A stretch of 64,000 nt of DNA from Candidatus Microgenomates bacterium (GCA_049519355.1 JBEKQV010000001.1:220491-284490); one strand, 5' to 3'; counted from the stretch's first letter, positions 18,123-27,920 are shown. Translations and numbers: made by a program. The notes: generated from the letters alone by a model not told the origin.

Positions 18123-18749
18123 TTAGCTTTCAGGTATCGGGATTGGCTGCATAATTCCACTCATTGATTTGGCCTGTTCTTTACCTTCTTCTTTCTCCGA
18201 TTTTCCGGGTTTCCAAACTTCTATCTCTTTCGTGACATGACCCGAAGGTTCCGTCAGAACTTTAGCTCTCAAAAAGGTCCTAGCAAAATTTGTTGCATCA
18301 AGTTGAGTCTTAAACATATAAGGTATTAAACGAACTTCTGAAAATTCTGTACCCCCTTTACCGCTGGATCCTTCATTCGCTATATAGATAAATGGCAAAC
18401 CCCATTTTTTGTCCTTCTCAGTTGAAATCCAGCAGTAAGTTCTTCTTATTCTTTCTGAGCCATCAGCTGTCAATGTCGAACTACTTTTTTCAACGACAAT
18501 TGAATCTAAAGCAAATGGTTCGGCACCAAAATTAAAACTTTCACCATCTCTTTTATAATCCCTTACTTTAGTCCAAGAGGTTTCGGTCGCATCTTGTCTT
18601 CCAGTAACATTCTTACCCATAAATTCCCTAAAAGCTCGAATTCTCCTCTCAGCCGTAACTCTAAGCGAATCTATTTTGTCCAACTTTTCCGTTGCAGGCC
18701 AACCATGCCGAGATATTTCCGAGCGTATAACAGAGCTTACTTCAACCAT
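18123..18749 (-). CDS. Hypothetical protein (no recognisable domain), convergent with pcrA
   Basis: A 208-aa ORF with coding-like composition and an acidic/lysine-rich C-terminus. It does not resemble any family recognisable by eye. Confidence 0.4.
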   Translation of the reverse strand: MVEVSSVIRSEISRHGWPATEKLDKIDSLRVTAERRIRAFREFMGKNVTGRQDATETSWTKVRDYKRDGESFNFGAEPFALDSIVVEKSSSTLTADGSERIRRTYCWISTEKDKKWGLPFIYIANEGSSGKGGTEFSEVRLIPYMFKTQLDATNFARTFLRAKVLTEPSGHVTKEIEVWKPGKSEKEEGKEQAKSMSGIMQPIPIPES

Positions 18750-18785
18750 ATTTCAAATATACACCAAAGCCAATTTGTTTGAATG

Positions 18786-18791
18786 TATAAT
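18786..18791 (+). promoter_or_regulatory. Possible extended -10 element (TGTATAAT) 8 nt upstream of the fem operon start codon, implying a leaderless or near-leaderless transcript
   Basis: The sequence reads tttgtttgaaTGTATAATacaaattaATG. There is no Shine-Dalgarno sequence between the box and the ATG at 18800. Confidence 0.25.
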
Positions 18792-18799
18792 ACAAATTA

Positions 18800-19744
18800 A
18801 TGAATAACTTAGATAAAATCGCTACGCACCCTTTGCAAACCTCGGCCTGGGAGGAATTTCGTCGGGAGTGGGGGAACGAGATACTTGAAACGAAATATGG
18901 AATTTTGACTCTTCACAAAATCCCCCATACGAACTACAAAATTGCTATGTTTGAAAAAGGACCAATTCCAACTAAAGAGATGCTAATGGACCTGAAAAAA
19001 ATTGGCCACGAAAATAATTTGATTTTTATTAAACTCGAACCAAATTGTCCCAAAAGCGACAAACTCGTTAAGTTAATGCAGTCCGAAGGAGCAATTCATG
19101 GCCGCAGACTTTTCACCCCGACAACTTTTTGGATTGACCTAACCCCAAGCGAAGAAAACTTGATGAAAAGTTTCTCAAGTAAAACCCGCTACAATATCCA
19201 CCTTGCAGAAAGAAAAGGAGTTATTATAAAAGAAGATAGCTCCGACAAAGCCTTCGATAGGTACCTGGAATTAACACGCGAAACAATAGCAAGACAGGGT
19301 TTTTATGCCCATTCCGAAAGGTATCACCGCCTAATGTGGAAGATTCTTAGAAAAGCCAGAATCGCTCATCTAATGACCGCCACATATGAAGGAGAAATTA
19401 TTACCACCTGGATCCTTTTCGCCTGGAAAAAATTTCTTTACTATCCTTATGGCGCTTCAACCGAAAAACATAAAGAAGTTATGGCCAATAATTTAATGAT
19501 GTGGGAAGCCATAAGATTCGGCAAAAAATTAGGACTTACCACCTTCGACCTTTGGGGAAGGGAAGAGGGTAAAGGATTTACTAAATTCAAAGAAGGTTAT
19601 AACCCTAAAGTAATTGAATTCCTAGGAACATGGGACCTGATTATAAATAAACCGCTTTACGCTTTTTATAAAATCGGCGAATGGATCCGGTGGCCATCAT
19701 TAAAGTTGGCAGCTCAATTCGGACTCTCAAAACACAGATTTTAA
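18800..19744 (+). CDS. FemAB-family peptidyl transferase (peptidoglycan interpeptide bridge formation), paralog 1
   Basis: 314 aa with the FemABX GNAT-like pattern (SSKTRYNIHLAERKG...FAHSERYHRLMWKI...LFAWKKFLYYPYGAS). Confidence 0.7.
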   Translation: MNNLDKIATHPLQTSAWEEFRREWGNEILETKYGILTLHKIPHTNYKIAMFEKGPIPTKEMLMDLKKIGHENNLIFIKLEPNCPKSDKLVKLMQSEGAIHGRRLFTPTTFWIDLTPSEENLMKSFSSKTRYNIHLAERKGVIIKEDSSDKAFDRYLELTRETIARQGFYAHSERYHRLMWKILRKARIAHLMTATYEGEIITTWILFAWKKFLYYPYGASTEKHKEVMANNLMMWEAIRFGKKLGLTTFDLWGREEGKGFTKFKEGYNPKVIEFLGTWDLIINKPLYAFYKIGEWIRWPSLKLAAQFGLSKHRF

Positions 19745-19747
19745 ATT

Positions 19748-20581
19748 ATGGCAGATATCCGCCAATCCATCCATTTTGCCAATTATCTCAAAAGACAAGG
19801 CTGGACGGTAGAAAGAATCGGGGAAATCAACTACTTCATCAAAAAATTTCCCATTATTGGATCAATTCTAAAAGTTCAGCGGCCCGAAGAAATACAAATT
19901 GATATAGTACGCAAATTAATCCGAAAATACCGCATATTCCAGATAATTATTGAACCAAAAACCGAACTAGATGCCAAGTTCCTGGCCTCTATTGGCTTCA
20001 GACTGAGTAAATCGCCATACCTGCCATCAAAAACCCTCCAAATTGACCTGACACAACCCCGAAAAAAGATTTTTGCTCACATTAAGAAAGACGCTAGGTA
20101 TTCCATTAAAAGGGGAGAGTCATTATTAATTAAGTCCTATTCGACCCCCGATGAAATCAGAACGTGGCGTGAGGCGTGGAAAAATTCGGTTAATTATAAA
20201 AGATATGTGCCGCCGGTCCAACAATTAATTAATCTACGCAAAAGTTTTCCCAGCACTTACTCCCTTTTCCTTGCGTCGCACAATATATCTGGCAGAATTA
20301 TAGGTGGAGTGCTTTTCACGCGTTCTTCACACGACTTTGCATATTATTGGTACGGATTTACAAATTCCGAAGGGCGCACTTCCCTCGCCCAGTATTCACT
20401 CCTCTATCAGGGAATACTATGGGCTGAAAAGATGGGTTGTAAGATTTTTGACTTTGAAGGAGTCTATGATTCCCGCTTCCCCAACAAAAGCTGGCTAGGT
20501 TTTTCTCACTTCAAACGCTCTTTTGGTGGATACGAAGTTGAATATCCCGGGTGTTTCATTCAGAATAGACTTCCTATATGA
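19748..20581 (+). CDS. FemAB-family peptidyl transferase, paralog 2
   Basis: 277 aa with a FemABX-like core (ARYSIKRGE...YYWYGF...LLYQGILWAEKMGCKIFDFEG). It is translationally coupled to the gene at 20578. Confidence 0.65.
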   Translation: MADIRQSIHFANYLKRQGWTVERIGEINYFIKKFPIIGSILKVQRPEEIQIDIVRKLIRKYRIFQIIIEPKTELDAKFLASIGFRLSKSPYLPSKTLQIDLTQPRKKIFAHIKKDARYSIKRGESLLIKSYSTPDEIRTWREAWKNSVNYKRYVPPVQQLINLRKSFPSTYSLFLASHNISGRIIGGVLFTRSSHDFAYYWYGFTNSEGRTSLAQYSLLYQGILWAEKMGCKIFDFEGVYDSRFPNKSWLGFSHFKRSFGGYEVEYPGCFIQNRLPI

Positions 20582-20838
20582 AAATACGTAAGAAAACCTG
20601 GAATGACGCATTTGAAAAAATACTTTCCGGAGAAAAAACTTTTGATGCCCGCTTAGCCAACTTTGATTGCAAACCCGGCGATATTTTAATTTTGGAGGAA
20701 TATGATCCAAAGTTAAAGAAATATACGGGTAGAAAAATCGAAAAAGAAGTTACCTTTGTCCTAAACACTAAGGAGCAAAAATACTGGTCTCAAAGCGACA
20801 TAGCAAAAACCGGCCTTCAAATAATTGGGTTTAAATAA
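20578..20838 (+). CDS. DUF3850 / ASCH-like small domain protein
   Basis: 86 aa. The pattern W..AFE.I.SG.KTF..R....D...GDILIL.EYDP....YTGR matches DUF3850 (the ASCH superfamily). It overlaps the upstream gene as ATGA. Confidence 0.55.
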   Translation: MKIRKKTWNDAFEKILSGEKTFDARLANFDCKPGDILILEEYDPKLKKYTGRKIEKEVTFVLNTKEQKYWSQSDIAKTGLQIIGFK

Positions 20839-23706
20839 TTAATCGCTTTTGCAAAATAGTGAGAACTCACAACCCACTTTGCAAAACATATGGCCGCTAC
20901 ACTCAAAGTCCGACTTTTCTATTTCATCACGTACTTCAAATATTTTCTTCGCCGCTTCTTCCAATTGCTTGGCCGTACGCGTTGTAGAAAGTTTTTGCTG
21001 TTGATCCAAATAATATAGAGAGAGTTTGATTTTATCCGGAGCTTTTCCGAACGGCGGCGACGGGATTTTTGTTGCGGCTAAAGCGTAAAAACTTAATTGT
21101 AGGTTTTTATCGACTTCTCTTTGCGACGGAATTGTTGCGCCGGTTTTATAATCAATAATTTCAATTTCCCCGCCACCGATATCATCAACTCTGTCAAGTC
21201 TTCCACCGATTTTCAGATCTTTGCCTAAAGGAACCGTAAACGGCTGTTCCAAAGCAATAGCTGGAATCTTAGGATTAAATCCCTGTTTTAAAAATCCCGA
21301 AAGGTAAAGTTTTCCCTTTCCAAAAAAATCTTCCTCATGTTTTTTGCTTATATAACCCTCACTAACCCAGTTTGTCTCAAGTAAATCGTAAAGCAATTTA
21401 TCTGTTGGTTTCTTACCTGATGCAACTTCTTCAAAAAAGTTTTTAAGTACACCGTGCATTGCAGTCCCAAAACTTTGCGATGCGGAAGGAGGCGTCGGAA
21501 CTTTATAAACATAGTGAAGTTTGTAATGCATCGGACAAGTTTGGAAAGTTTCTATTTGAGAGTAGGATAGGTAATCAATGTGTAACGATTGTTTCTTGGT
21601 GGAACTTACCGAATCGACAGGTTTGTAGTCAAGAAAAGATAATTGGTCAACCTTTATGGAAGGTTTCTCTTTTAATGCAGTCTTTTCCCCTAAGGCTTCA
21701 AAAATAAACGGCGAAAGTTTCTTTTCGCGTTTACCTTCTCCATAATAATCCGCGGCGGTAAATATTAACTTTTCTTTTGCCCGGGTCATTCCGACATAAA
21801 ATAGTCTACGCTCTTCTTCGGTGTGATAATCCCCTACCGGCAAAACTTCTTTTATAAGTTTATCGGGAATCGGAATCTGTTCACGCCGCTCCATACTGGG
21901 AAATCTTTGCCCGACTAAATTTACAATGAACACCACCGGAAACTCCAATCCCTTAGCGGAATGTACTGTCAAAATATTTACCGCGTTTATATCACTCCAG
22001 TCGCTGTCCGTTGCCAATGGACTTTCTCCAAGTTCCATGGAAAGATTTAACCAATCAACAACAGCAGCAACAGAAGCATCTTCGTGAGAGGCTTCATAAC
22101 TCTTTAACTTGTCAAAAAGTTTAGAAATATTTTTGGCTCTATTCTCTGCCTCGACCGATTCGGGAGATAAAAGCTTCTGTAATAGCCCCGTAGTTTCCAA
22201 GAAAGAATAAAGAAGCTGTCCTGCCGATTCTTTGGAAACCTTATCAAATTGTTTGTTAATAATATCCGTTAAACTCTTAACTTTCTCGCTACCAATTTTT
22301 TCCGCCGCCTCAAATAAACTAACATTATTTTTTCTGGCATAATTCCCCAGTTCGGCAAGTTCCCTCCCTGCAATTTCAAAATGATCAATGCAAAGGAGAC
22401 GGTAAAAAGAAACTGAATCGGTAAAATCATAAAGAACTTTAAGGTAGGAAATTAAATCAATTATTTCCGGTTGTTTAAAAAGTCGGCCCGGTCCCAAAAA
22501 CTGGTATGGAATCCCATTTCTTCCAAGTGCTCTCATGATCGGTTCCGAATGGTTATTGGCACGGACTAAGACAGCGAAATCTTTATACAAATATTTTTCC
22601 TCCTTTTGAAGTTCCAATATTCTTTTTGCAATTCTGTCGGATTCGTTTTCGACCCTGTCTGAATGAATAAATTCGATTTCCTTACCGTCCTTAGTTATTT
22701 GAGACTTAAGACTTTTATCAATCTTCTCAACTACTTCTAATCTGTCGGGGTTGTTGTGTTCAATCAGATCATGACTTCTATCCAAAATTTCCTGAGTACT
22801 TCTATAATTCTTTGTTAAAACAATAACTTTTGTTTTGGGAAAACTTTTTCTGAATAAAATAATGTTGCTTACTGCCGCTCCTCTAAATTTGTAAACGCTT
22901 TGGTCGTCATCCCCCACTACATTTATGTTCCCGTTTTTACCTACCAAAAGTTTTATCAACTCATTTTGGGCATAGTTGGTATCTTGGAATTCATCAACAA
23001 GCAAATATTTAAACTGTTTTTGATATTCCCTAAGAATGTTTGGTCTGTCTCTAAAAAGTTTTAAGGTTTTAACTATCACATCACCAAAATCCATCATGCC
23101 CTCCCTGACTTTTATTTCATCGTATGCCTTGTAGGCTTTAGAAAGCTCACGCCATTTGTCAATTTCGATTTTTTCTTCAGGCACCACCACTTTTTGCTTC
23201 TTTACCCAGGCTTCATATTCGGTAGGAGAAACGTCTTCATCCTGAAGACGCGAAAAGTGTTGAAGCATTCCGCTCAAAAATTTATCGGGATTCCCAAGCG
23301 GTCGAAAATAATTTAGATCAAGTTTAAAAAGATTTTTTCGAAGCAGCTGTACCGACTCCGCCTCCGACATTAATATGTATTTCGGATCAAGCCCGATATG
23401 AAGTGCTTCGCGACGCAATATCTTGTCACAGAAAGAATGAAAGGTCATTATCCACATTTGTGTATAACCGTAAGGCATGGCAATATCTACCCGCTCCTCC
23501 ATTTCCCTTGCCGCTTTTTCCGTAAATGTTAGGGCCAAAATTTCCGAAGTTTTTGCCTTTTTGGAAAAAATTAAATACTTTATGCGCTCAGTTATAACTG
23601 TGGTTTTTCCGGTTCCCGCCCCAGCAATAATAAGAAGTGACCCCGGCCCAAATTTAATTGCGTCCTGTTGCTCTTTGTTTAACCTGAGATTTGAAGTTTT
23701 ATCCAC
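20839..23706 (-). CDS. UvrD/PcrA-like SF1 helicase fused to a C-terminal PD-(D/E)XK (RecB/Cas4/AddB-type) nuclease domain with a 4-Cys cluster
   Basis: Walker A GAGTGKTTVI, then LVDEFQDTN and KNYRSTQ motifs. The C-terminus carries QTCPMHYKL...IIDYKTG...LSLYY and a terminal C-x5-C-x3-C-x5-C arrangement typical of Fe-S containing RecB-family nucleases. Confidence 0.75.
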   Translation of the reverse strand: MDKTSNLRLNKEQQDAIKFGPGSLLIIAGAGTGKTTVITERIKYLIFSKKAKTSEILALTFTEKAAREMEERVDIAMPYGYTQMWIMTFHSFCDKILRREALHIGLDPKYILMSEAESVQLLRKNLFKLDLNYFRPLGNPDKFLSGMLQHFSRLQDEDVSPTEYEAWVKKQKVVVPEEKIEIDKWRELSKAYKAYDEIKVREGMMDFGDVIVKTLKLFRDRPNILREYQKQFKYLLVDEFQDTNYAQNELIKLLVGKNGNINVVGDDDQSVYKFRGAAVSNIILFRKSFPKTKVIVLTKNYRSTQEILDRSHDLIEHNNPDRLEVVEKIDKSLKSQITKDGKEIEFIHSDRVENESDRIAKRILELQKEEKYLYKDFAVLVRANNHSEPIMRALGRNGIPYQFLGPGRLFKQPEIIDLISYLKVLYDFTDSVSFYRLLCIDHFEIAGRELAELGNYARKNNVSLFEAAEKIGSEKVKSLTDIINKQFDKVSKESAGQLLYSFLETTGLLQKLLSPESVEAENRAKNISKLFDKLKSYEASHEDASVAAVVDWLNLSMELGESPLATDSDWSDINAVNILTVHSAKGLEFPVVFIVNLVGQRFPSMERREQIPIPDKLIKEVLPVGDYHTEEERRLFYVGMTRAKEKLIFTAADYYGEGKREKKLSPFIFEALGEKTALKEKPSIKVDQLSFLDYKPVDSVSSTKKQSLHIDYLSYSQIETFQTCPMHYKLHYVYKVPTPPSASQSFGTAMHGVLKNFFEEVASGKKPTDKLLYDLLETNWVSEGYISKKHEEDFFGKGKLYLSGFLKQGFNPKIPAIALEQPFTVPLGKDLKIGGRLDRVDDIGGGEIEIIDYKTGATIPSQREVDKNLQLSFYALAATKIPSPPFGKAPDKIKLSLYYLDQQQKLSTTRTAKQLEEAAKKIFEVRDEIEKSDFECSGHMFCKVGCEFSLFCKSD

Positions 23707-23710
23707 GAAG

Positions 23711-24703
23711 CTATTCTAACACTTTCTTTTTCTCAACACCGCTTCCTAAATTTTGCGTAGAACTAATTTTTTGACCCAGATTGGCAAAAGATGTAGAAAC
23801 ATTCCCCATCGTATTATGTGCATTCGTTAAATGCTTCTGCAAAACACCCAAGTTTTCCTCAACTTTGCCGTAATCGGATTTTATGGCCCTGAGGGATGCT
23901 AGGATTTCTTTTGCCTGGTCTTCAATCTTCTGCCCCTCAAAACTCATTAGGATTGCTTTAAGGTATGCGTAAAAAGTTGTCGGGGAAACCGGGAGAACTC
24001 GCTGCTCTCCCGCATAGTCAAAAAGTGCCTGGTTATTTACAATCTCGTAGTAAATCGATTCTGAAGGAATATACATCAAGGCATAATCGATTGTCCCCTC
24101 TTCCGTCAGAATATATTTTCTGGCAATGTCATCAATATGTTTTTTAACATCGCGTTCGAAGTCTTTGGCTGCAATTTTTTTGGAAGATTCATCCCCCTCC
24201 CCCGACATCTTTCTGAAGTTTTCCATCGGGAATTTGGAATCAACTGGAATAATGCCGCCTGAAGTTTTTATAGCAGCATCAACTTTTTCCCCAGATTTAA
24301 ATGTATATTGAAGATTAAAAGATTCCTTGGGCAAAAACTGCTTAAGCAGTTCCTTCAAAACTTGTTCGCCAATATTTCCCCTGAGTTTTGGAGAACTTAA
24401 AAATTCCTGCAGGTCTTTCATTCCCCGTCCGATTTCAGAAAATTCTCCGATATTTTTCTGCACGCCAGAAATAACTCTTGCCGCATTATCAAGCCGTTCG
24501 TTTAAATTCCTCGTTGACTCGGAAAGGGTGCGTGTAAAGTTTTTGTTTTGTTCATCAAGCCGTGTATTGGTTGTCTTCAAATATTCAAGAAGTTCGTCGG
24601 AAGGTTTTTGTGCATCCTTCAAATCGGTTAATTTCTTGTTGATAAAAACGGCTACAATAACCAAAGCCGCCAGGACTATAATTAGGATAATTACGGGGTC
24701 CAT
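23711..24703 (-). CDS. rmuC: DNA recombination protein RmuC (start taken at MDPVIIL; the ORF opens at 24757)
   Basis: An N-terminal TM helix, a long coiled-coil and a C-terminal RmuC nuclease-like domain (DYALMYIPSESIYYEIV). It lies 4 nt upstream of the helicase-nuclease gene on the same strand. Confidence 0.75.
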   Translation of the reverse strand: MDPVIILIIVLAALVIVAVFINKKLTDLKDAQKPSDELLEYLKTTNTRLDEQNKNFTRTLSESTRNLNERLDNAARVISGVQKNIGEFSEIGRGMKDLQEFLSSPKLRGNIGEQVLKELLKQFLPKESFNLQYTFKSGEKVDAAIKTSGGIIPVDSKFPMENFRKMSGEGDESSKKIAAKDFERDVKKHIDDIARKYILTEEGTIDYALMYIPSESIYYEIVNNQALFDYAGEQRVLPVSPTTFYAYLKAILMSFEGQKIEDQAKEILASLRAIKSDYGKVEENLGVLQKHLTNAHNTMGNVSTSFANLGQKISSTQNLGSGVEKKKVLE

Positions 24704-24730
24704 ATTCAAAGGTATTGTAGCATAGGGAAA

Positions 24731-25066
24731 ATGAAAAAGAATTCGCACAAACAACAAATTTTAAAAAGAAAAAACTTTTTGCCAACCCTCCTATTAACAA
24801 TTTTTCTTTGGGGACTCCTAGCCGGGCTTATTTATTTTATCGACCCTGCTTCCTTTGGCGTGGTTCCGCTTTTCTTTATTCTTGTTTTTTTCTGCCTTCT
24901 TTTTACCTTCTCGTTAATTTTTGCCAATAGCCGGAGGGGAATGGTGGCAACAGTTGCAACAACTTTTTTCCTTTTTCTTACATATCTGGGCGTAGGAAAC
25001 ATCCTTAATTTGATTCTCATCCTTGCAATTGCTCTCTGCATCGAGTTATATTTCAGCTTGAAATGA
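24731..25066 (+). CDS. Small polytopic membrane protein (hypothetical)
   Basis: 111 aa with three to four hydrophobic helices. It is divergent from rmuC. Confidence 0.3.
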   Translation: MKKNSHKQQILKRKNFLPTLLLTIFLWGLLAGLIYFIDPASFGVVPLFFILVFFCLLFTFSLIFANSRRGMVATVATTFFLFLTYLGVGNILNLILILAIALCIELYFSLK

Positions 25067-25401
25067 ATTCCTCACTAAAACGGCAACTACTCCGGACTTT
25101 TGCTCAAATGATGGACGATTTGAAAGATAAAAAAGAAATTGAAAAATTTTTGACGGATTTTTTTGATGACGCGGAGCTTGAAAAATACATTAAGAGGTTA
25201 GCAATTGCTTACTGGCTAAAAAAGGGCAGGGACAATGAAAACATCAAAAGAAATTTAAAGGCAACCCCCAAAGAAATCTCTGAAGCACAAAAATCTCTCA
25301 AGAAAGATGGAATCAAACTCGCACTCAAAAAAATCGAGGCGGAAGAATGGGCTAATCAATGGAGTGAAAAAATCAAAAATATTACGAAAACTAATAAATA
25401 G
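25063..25401 (+). CDS. TrpR-like YerC/YecD-family small DNA-binding protein (putative)
   Basis: The segment FLTDFFDDAELEKYIKRLAIAYWLKKG...KEISEAQKSL resembles the FFDDLCT...RLQVAKMIKQG...ATISRVKRSL core of YerC/YecD. Confidence 0.45.
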   Translation: MNSSLKRQLLRTFAQMMDDLKDKKEIEKFLTDFFDDAELEKYIKRLAIAYWLKKGRDNENIKRNLKATPKEISEAQKSLKKDGIKLALKKIEAEEWANQWSEKIKNITKTNK

Positions 25402-26476
25402 CTCGCTAATCATAATCCTGGTCGTTCTTTTTACCAAGATATCTCTTTTACAAAGAATCTTTTTCCAAAAAACTCCACTCTACGATTTTGATTTGTATTA
25501 TTCTCTTATCAACAGTATAAAACACGGAATTAACCCCTATTCGCCGGGTCTGACTTTTTCTCTTGGGCCACCGTTGGTTTTTTTATATTTTTTCCCTTTT
25601 TCTTTTCTTGCGTTAGAAAAAGCAAGAGTGGTAGCAACCTTAATAAACATTACCTCAGGATTCGTTCTTTGTTTCTTGCTTGCGAAAAAGTTTAACAAAA
25701 AATATTTATTAACCACATTTCTTGTCCTGGTTATTGTGTTCTTCTCCGCCTTTTTGCCACGATATTCCCTGGGGATGGGACAACCGTCTATTCTACTCAC
25801 ATTGTTTATCACCTACATAATTTGCAGCAAAAACAGTGTTTTGAAAGGAATATCTTTAGCTATTGCTTCTTCTTTGAAAACAATCTTACTTTTCCCAATT
25901 TTGGCATTTATCAAAAACAAGAAGTTCCTTATTGTCTTTCTATTAACACTGGTCCTATTAACACTTCTGTCATTAACTTTTATCAAGGTGGATTGGTATA
26001 AATATTATTTTCAAAATATATTTATCAGTCTTAATAATTCACCATTAGCCTCTTCCGGGATAGACTCTTACAACCAATCTTTAAAAAGCACCCTTTTTAG
26101 ATTTGGACTATTTGATTTATACAAAATAATATTTATCCCGGTATTAATCATCGCCTCTTTATTTATTGCCATTACCGCCAATTTCGAATTGTCTGTCATA
26201 ACCGCAATACTCCTTTCCCCTATTTCCTGGCAACACTACTTCGTCGTTTTATTCCCAATCTTTGTTGCCGCCGTTTTTAAAATGAAGTGGAATTTTAAAA
26301 ATTTATCAATATTTACCGTTTCGTTCATTTTGTGGTTTGTCCAATTTCCCTGGCTTAATTCTTCAAAGGTAGGTTTAGTAACCAGTATTCTTGCCTCACA
26401 CTTCTTTATTTCGGGTCTCATGCTTTTTTACCTCATCTGGAATAACAGAAATACGAAACTAGGCAAGAAGGACTAG
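25307..26476 (+). CDS. Polytopic membrane protein, probable GT-C-type glycosyltransferase (GT87/DUF2029-like); the start is uncertain and the ORF overlaps the preceding gene by 95 nt
   Basis: About 10-11 TM helices with a basic N-terminus before the first helix. No ATG occurs between 25307 and the first TM helix. Confidence 0.35.
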   Translation: MESNSHSKKSRRKNGLINGVKKSKILRKLINSSLIIILVVLFTKISLLQRIFFQKTPLYDFDLYYSLINSIKHGINPYSPGLTFSLGPPLVFLYFFPFSFLALEKARVVATLINITSGFVLCFLLAKKFNKKYLLTTFLVLVIVFFSAFLPRYSLGMGQPSILLTLFITYIICSKNSVLKGISLAIASSLKTILLFPILAFIKNKKFLIVFLLTLVLLTLLSLTFIKVDWYKYYFQNIFISLNNSPLASSGIDSYNQSLKSTLFRFGLFDLYKIIFIPVLIIASLFIAITANFELSVITAILLSPISWQHYFVVLFPIFVAAVFKMKWNFKNLSIFTVSFILWFVQFPWLNSSKVGLVTSILASHFFISGLMLFYLIWNNRNTKLGKKD

Positions 26477-26494
26477 CCACAGTATAATAGTGGC

Positions 26495-27910
26495 ATGGCA
26501 GACAAATTCTATATAACCACCACCCTTCCCTATGTTAACGCTGAGCCGCACATTGGCTTTGCTTTGGAAATTGTGCAGGCAGATGCAATTGCCAGATTCC
26601 ATGGACTTTCCGGAGAGGAAATATTTTTTAACTTTGGCACCGACGAGCACGGCCAAAAAATATACCAAAAAGCCAAAGAGCTGGGACGTGACCCCCAGGA
26701 ATATTGTGATGAATACGCCGCAAAATTTGACGAGCTTAAAACCGCTCTTAATCTAAGCTACAACCACTTTATCCGTACAACCGATCCGCATCACATTGCC
26801 GCGGCACAAGAATTCTGGAAATTATGCGATAAAAATGGAGATATTTATAAAAAACTCTATAAAACCAAATATTGCGTCGGCTGTGAGTTGGAAAAAACCG
26901 ATTCCGAACTTGTCGATGGTCATTGTCCGCTCCATCCCAAACTCGAAATCGAAATTATCGAGGAGGAAAACTATTTCTTCAAATTTAGTAAATACGAAAA
27001 AGTCCTATTAGATTTTTATGAAAAAAATCCGGACTTCGTGATCCCGTCCGGCAAATTTAACGAAATAAAGACTTTTGTCAAAGACGGCTTGCAGGATTTT
27101 TCGATTTCCCGTCTCAAAAGCAAGATGCCATGGGGAATTGATGTCCCCGGGGATGATACTCACGTAATGTACGTTTGGTTTGACGCTCTTATTAATTACA
27201 TTTCAACTTTGGGTTGGCCCGGAGACAAAAAGACGTTTACCGACTTTTGGCCGGGAGTTCAGGTTGCGGGAAAGGACAATTTACGCCAACAAACGGCAAT
27301 TTGGCAAGCGATGCTTCTATCCGCCGGACTCCCGAATTCAAAACAAGTATTTATTCACGGATTTATTACCGTTAACGGACAAAAAATAAGTAAAAGTCTG
27401 GGGAACACTATTAATCCGGTTAGCGTAACCGAAAAATACGGAACCGACGCTCTCCGTTATTATCTTTTGGCCAAAATTAATCCTTATGAAGATTCCGATT
27501 TCACTTTTGAAAAATTTGAGAATGCCTATTCCGGCGAGCTTGCCGACGGACTTGGGAATCTCGTTTCCCGAACTGCCAAACTTTGCGAAAATTCCGGTTT
27601 TGAATTTGCCCCAACCAAGGTTACCTTAGATAAAAATATTGAAAATGCGTTAAAGGAATATAAATTCGATGTAGCATTAAAAACCATTTGGGAAGAGGTT
27701 GGTGAAACCGACCAATTTATAAACAAGGAAGAACCTTGGACTCTCAAAGGAGAGGAACTCAAAAAAGTATTAACTCACCTTGTTGACCATCTACGTTCGA
27801 TCGCATACAACTTAAAACCGTTTCTTCCGAAAACTGCAGAAAAAATCGAAAGACAATTCGGTTCGGCGAAAATTAAAGCAGGATCCCCGCTTTTCCCCCG
27901 TTTGAGTTAA
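26495..27910 (+). CDS. metG: Methionine--tRNA ligase (short form without the C-terminal tRNA-binding domain)
   Basis: A class I HIGH region (PYVNAEPHIGFAL), a zinc knuckle (CVGCELEKTDSELVDGHCPLH) and a KMSKS motif (KISKSLGN). Confidence 0.9.
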   Translation: MADKFYITTTLPYVNAEPHIGFALEIVQADAIARFHGLSGEEIFFNFGTDEHGQKIYQKAKELGRDPQEYCDEYAAKFDELKTALNLSYNHFIRTTDPHHIAAAQEFWKLCDKNGDIYKKLYKTKYCVGCELEKTDSELVDGHCPLHPKLEIEIIEEENYFFKFSKYEKVLLDFYEKNPDFVIPSGKFNEIKTFVKDGLQDFSISRLKSKMPWGIDVPGDDTHVMYVWFDALINYISTLGWPGDKKTFTDFWPGVQVAGKDNLRQQTAIWQAMLLSAGLPNSKQVFIHGFITVNGQKISKSLGNTINPVSVTEKYGTDALRYYLLAKINPYEDSDFTFEKFENAYSGELADGLGNLVSRTAKLCENSGFEFAPTKVTLDKNIENALKEYKFDVALKTIWEEVGETDQFINKEEPWTLKGEELKKVLTHLVDHLRSIAYNLKPFLPKTAEKIERQFGSAKIKAGSPLFPRLS

Positions 27911-27920
27911 AATACAAGCT

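Noticed and set aside
20858-20895. Direct repeat TTTGCAAAA (x2) flanking a GTGAG-aa-CTCAC palindrome
   Set aside because: It lies inside the C-terminal Cys-cluster coding sequence of the helicase-nuclease gene (the CEFSLFCKSD end) and most likely reflects codon-level coincidence.
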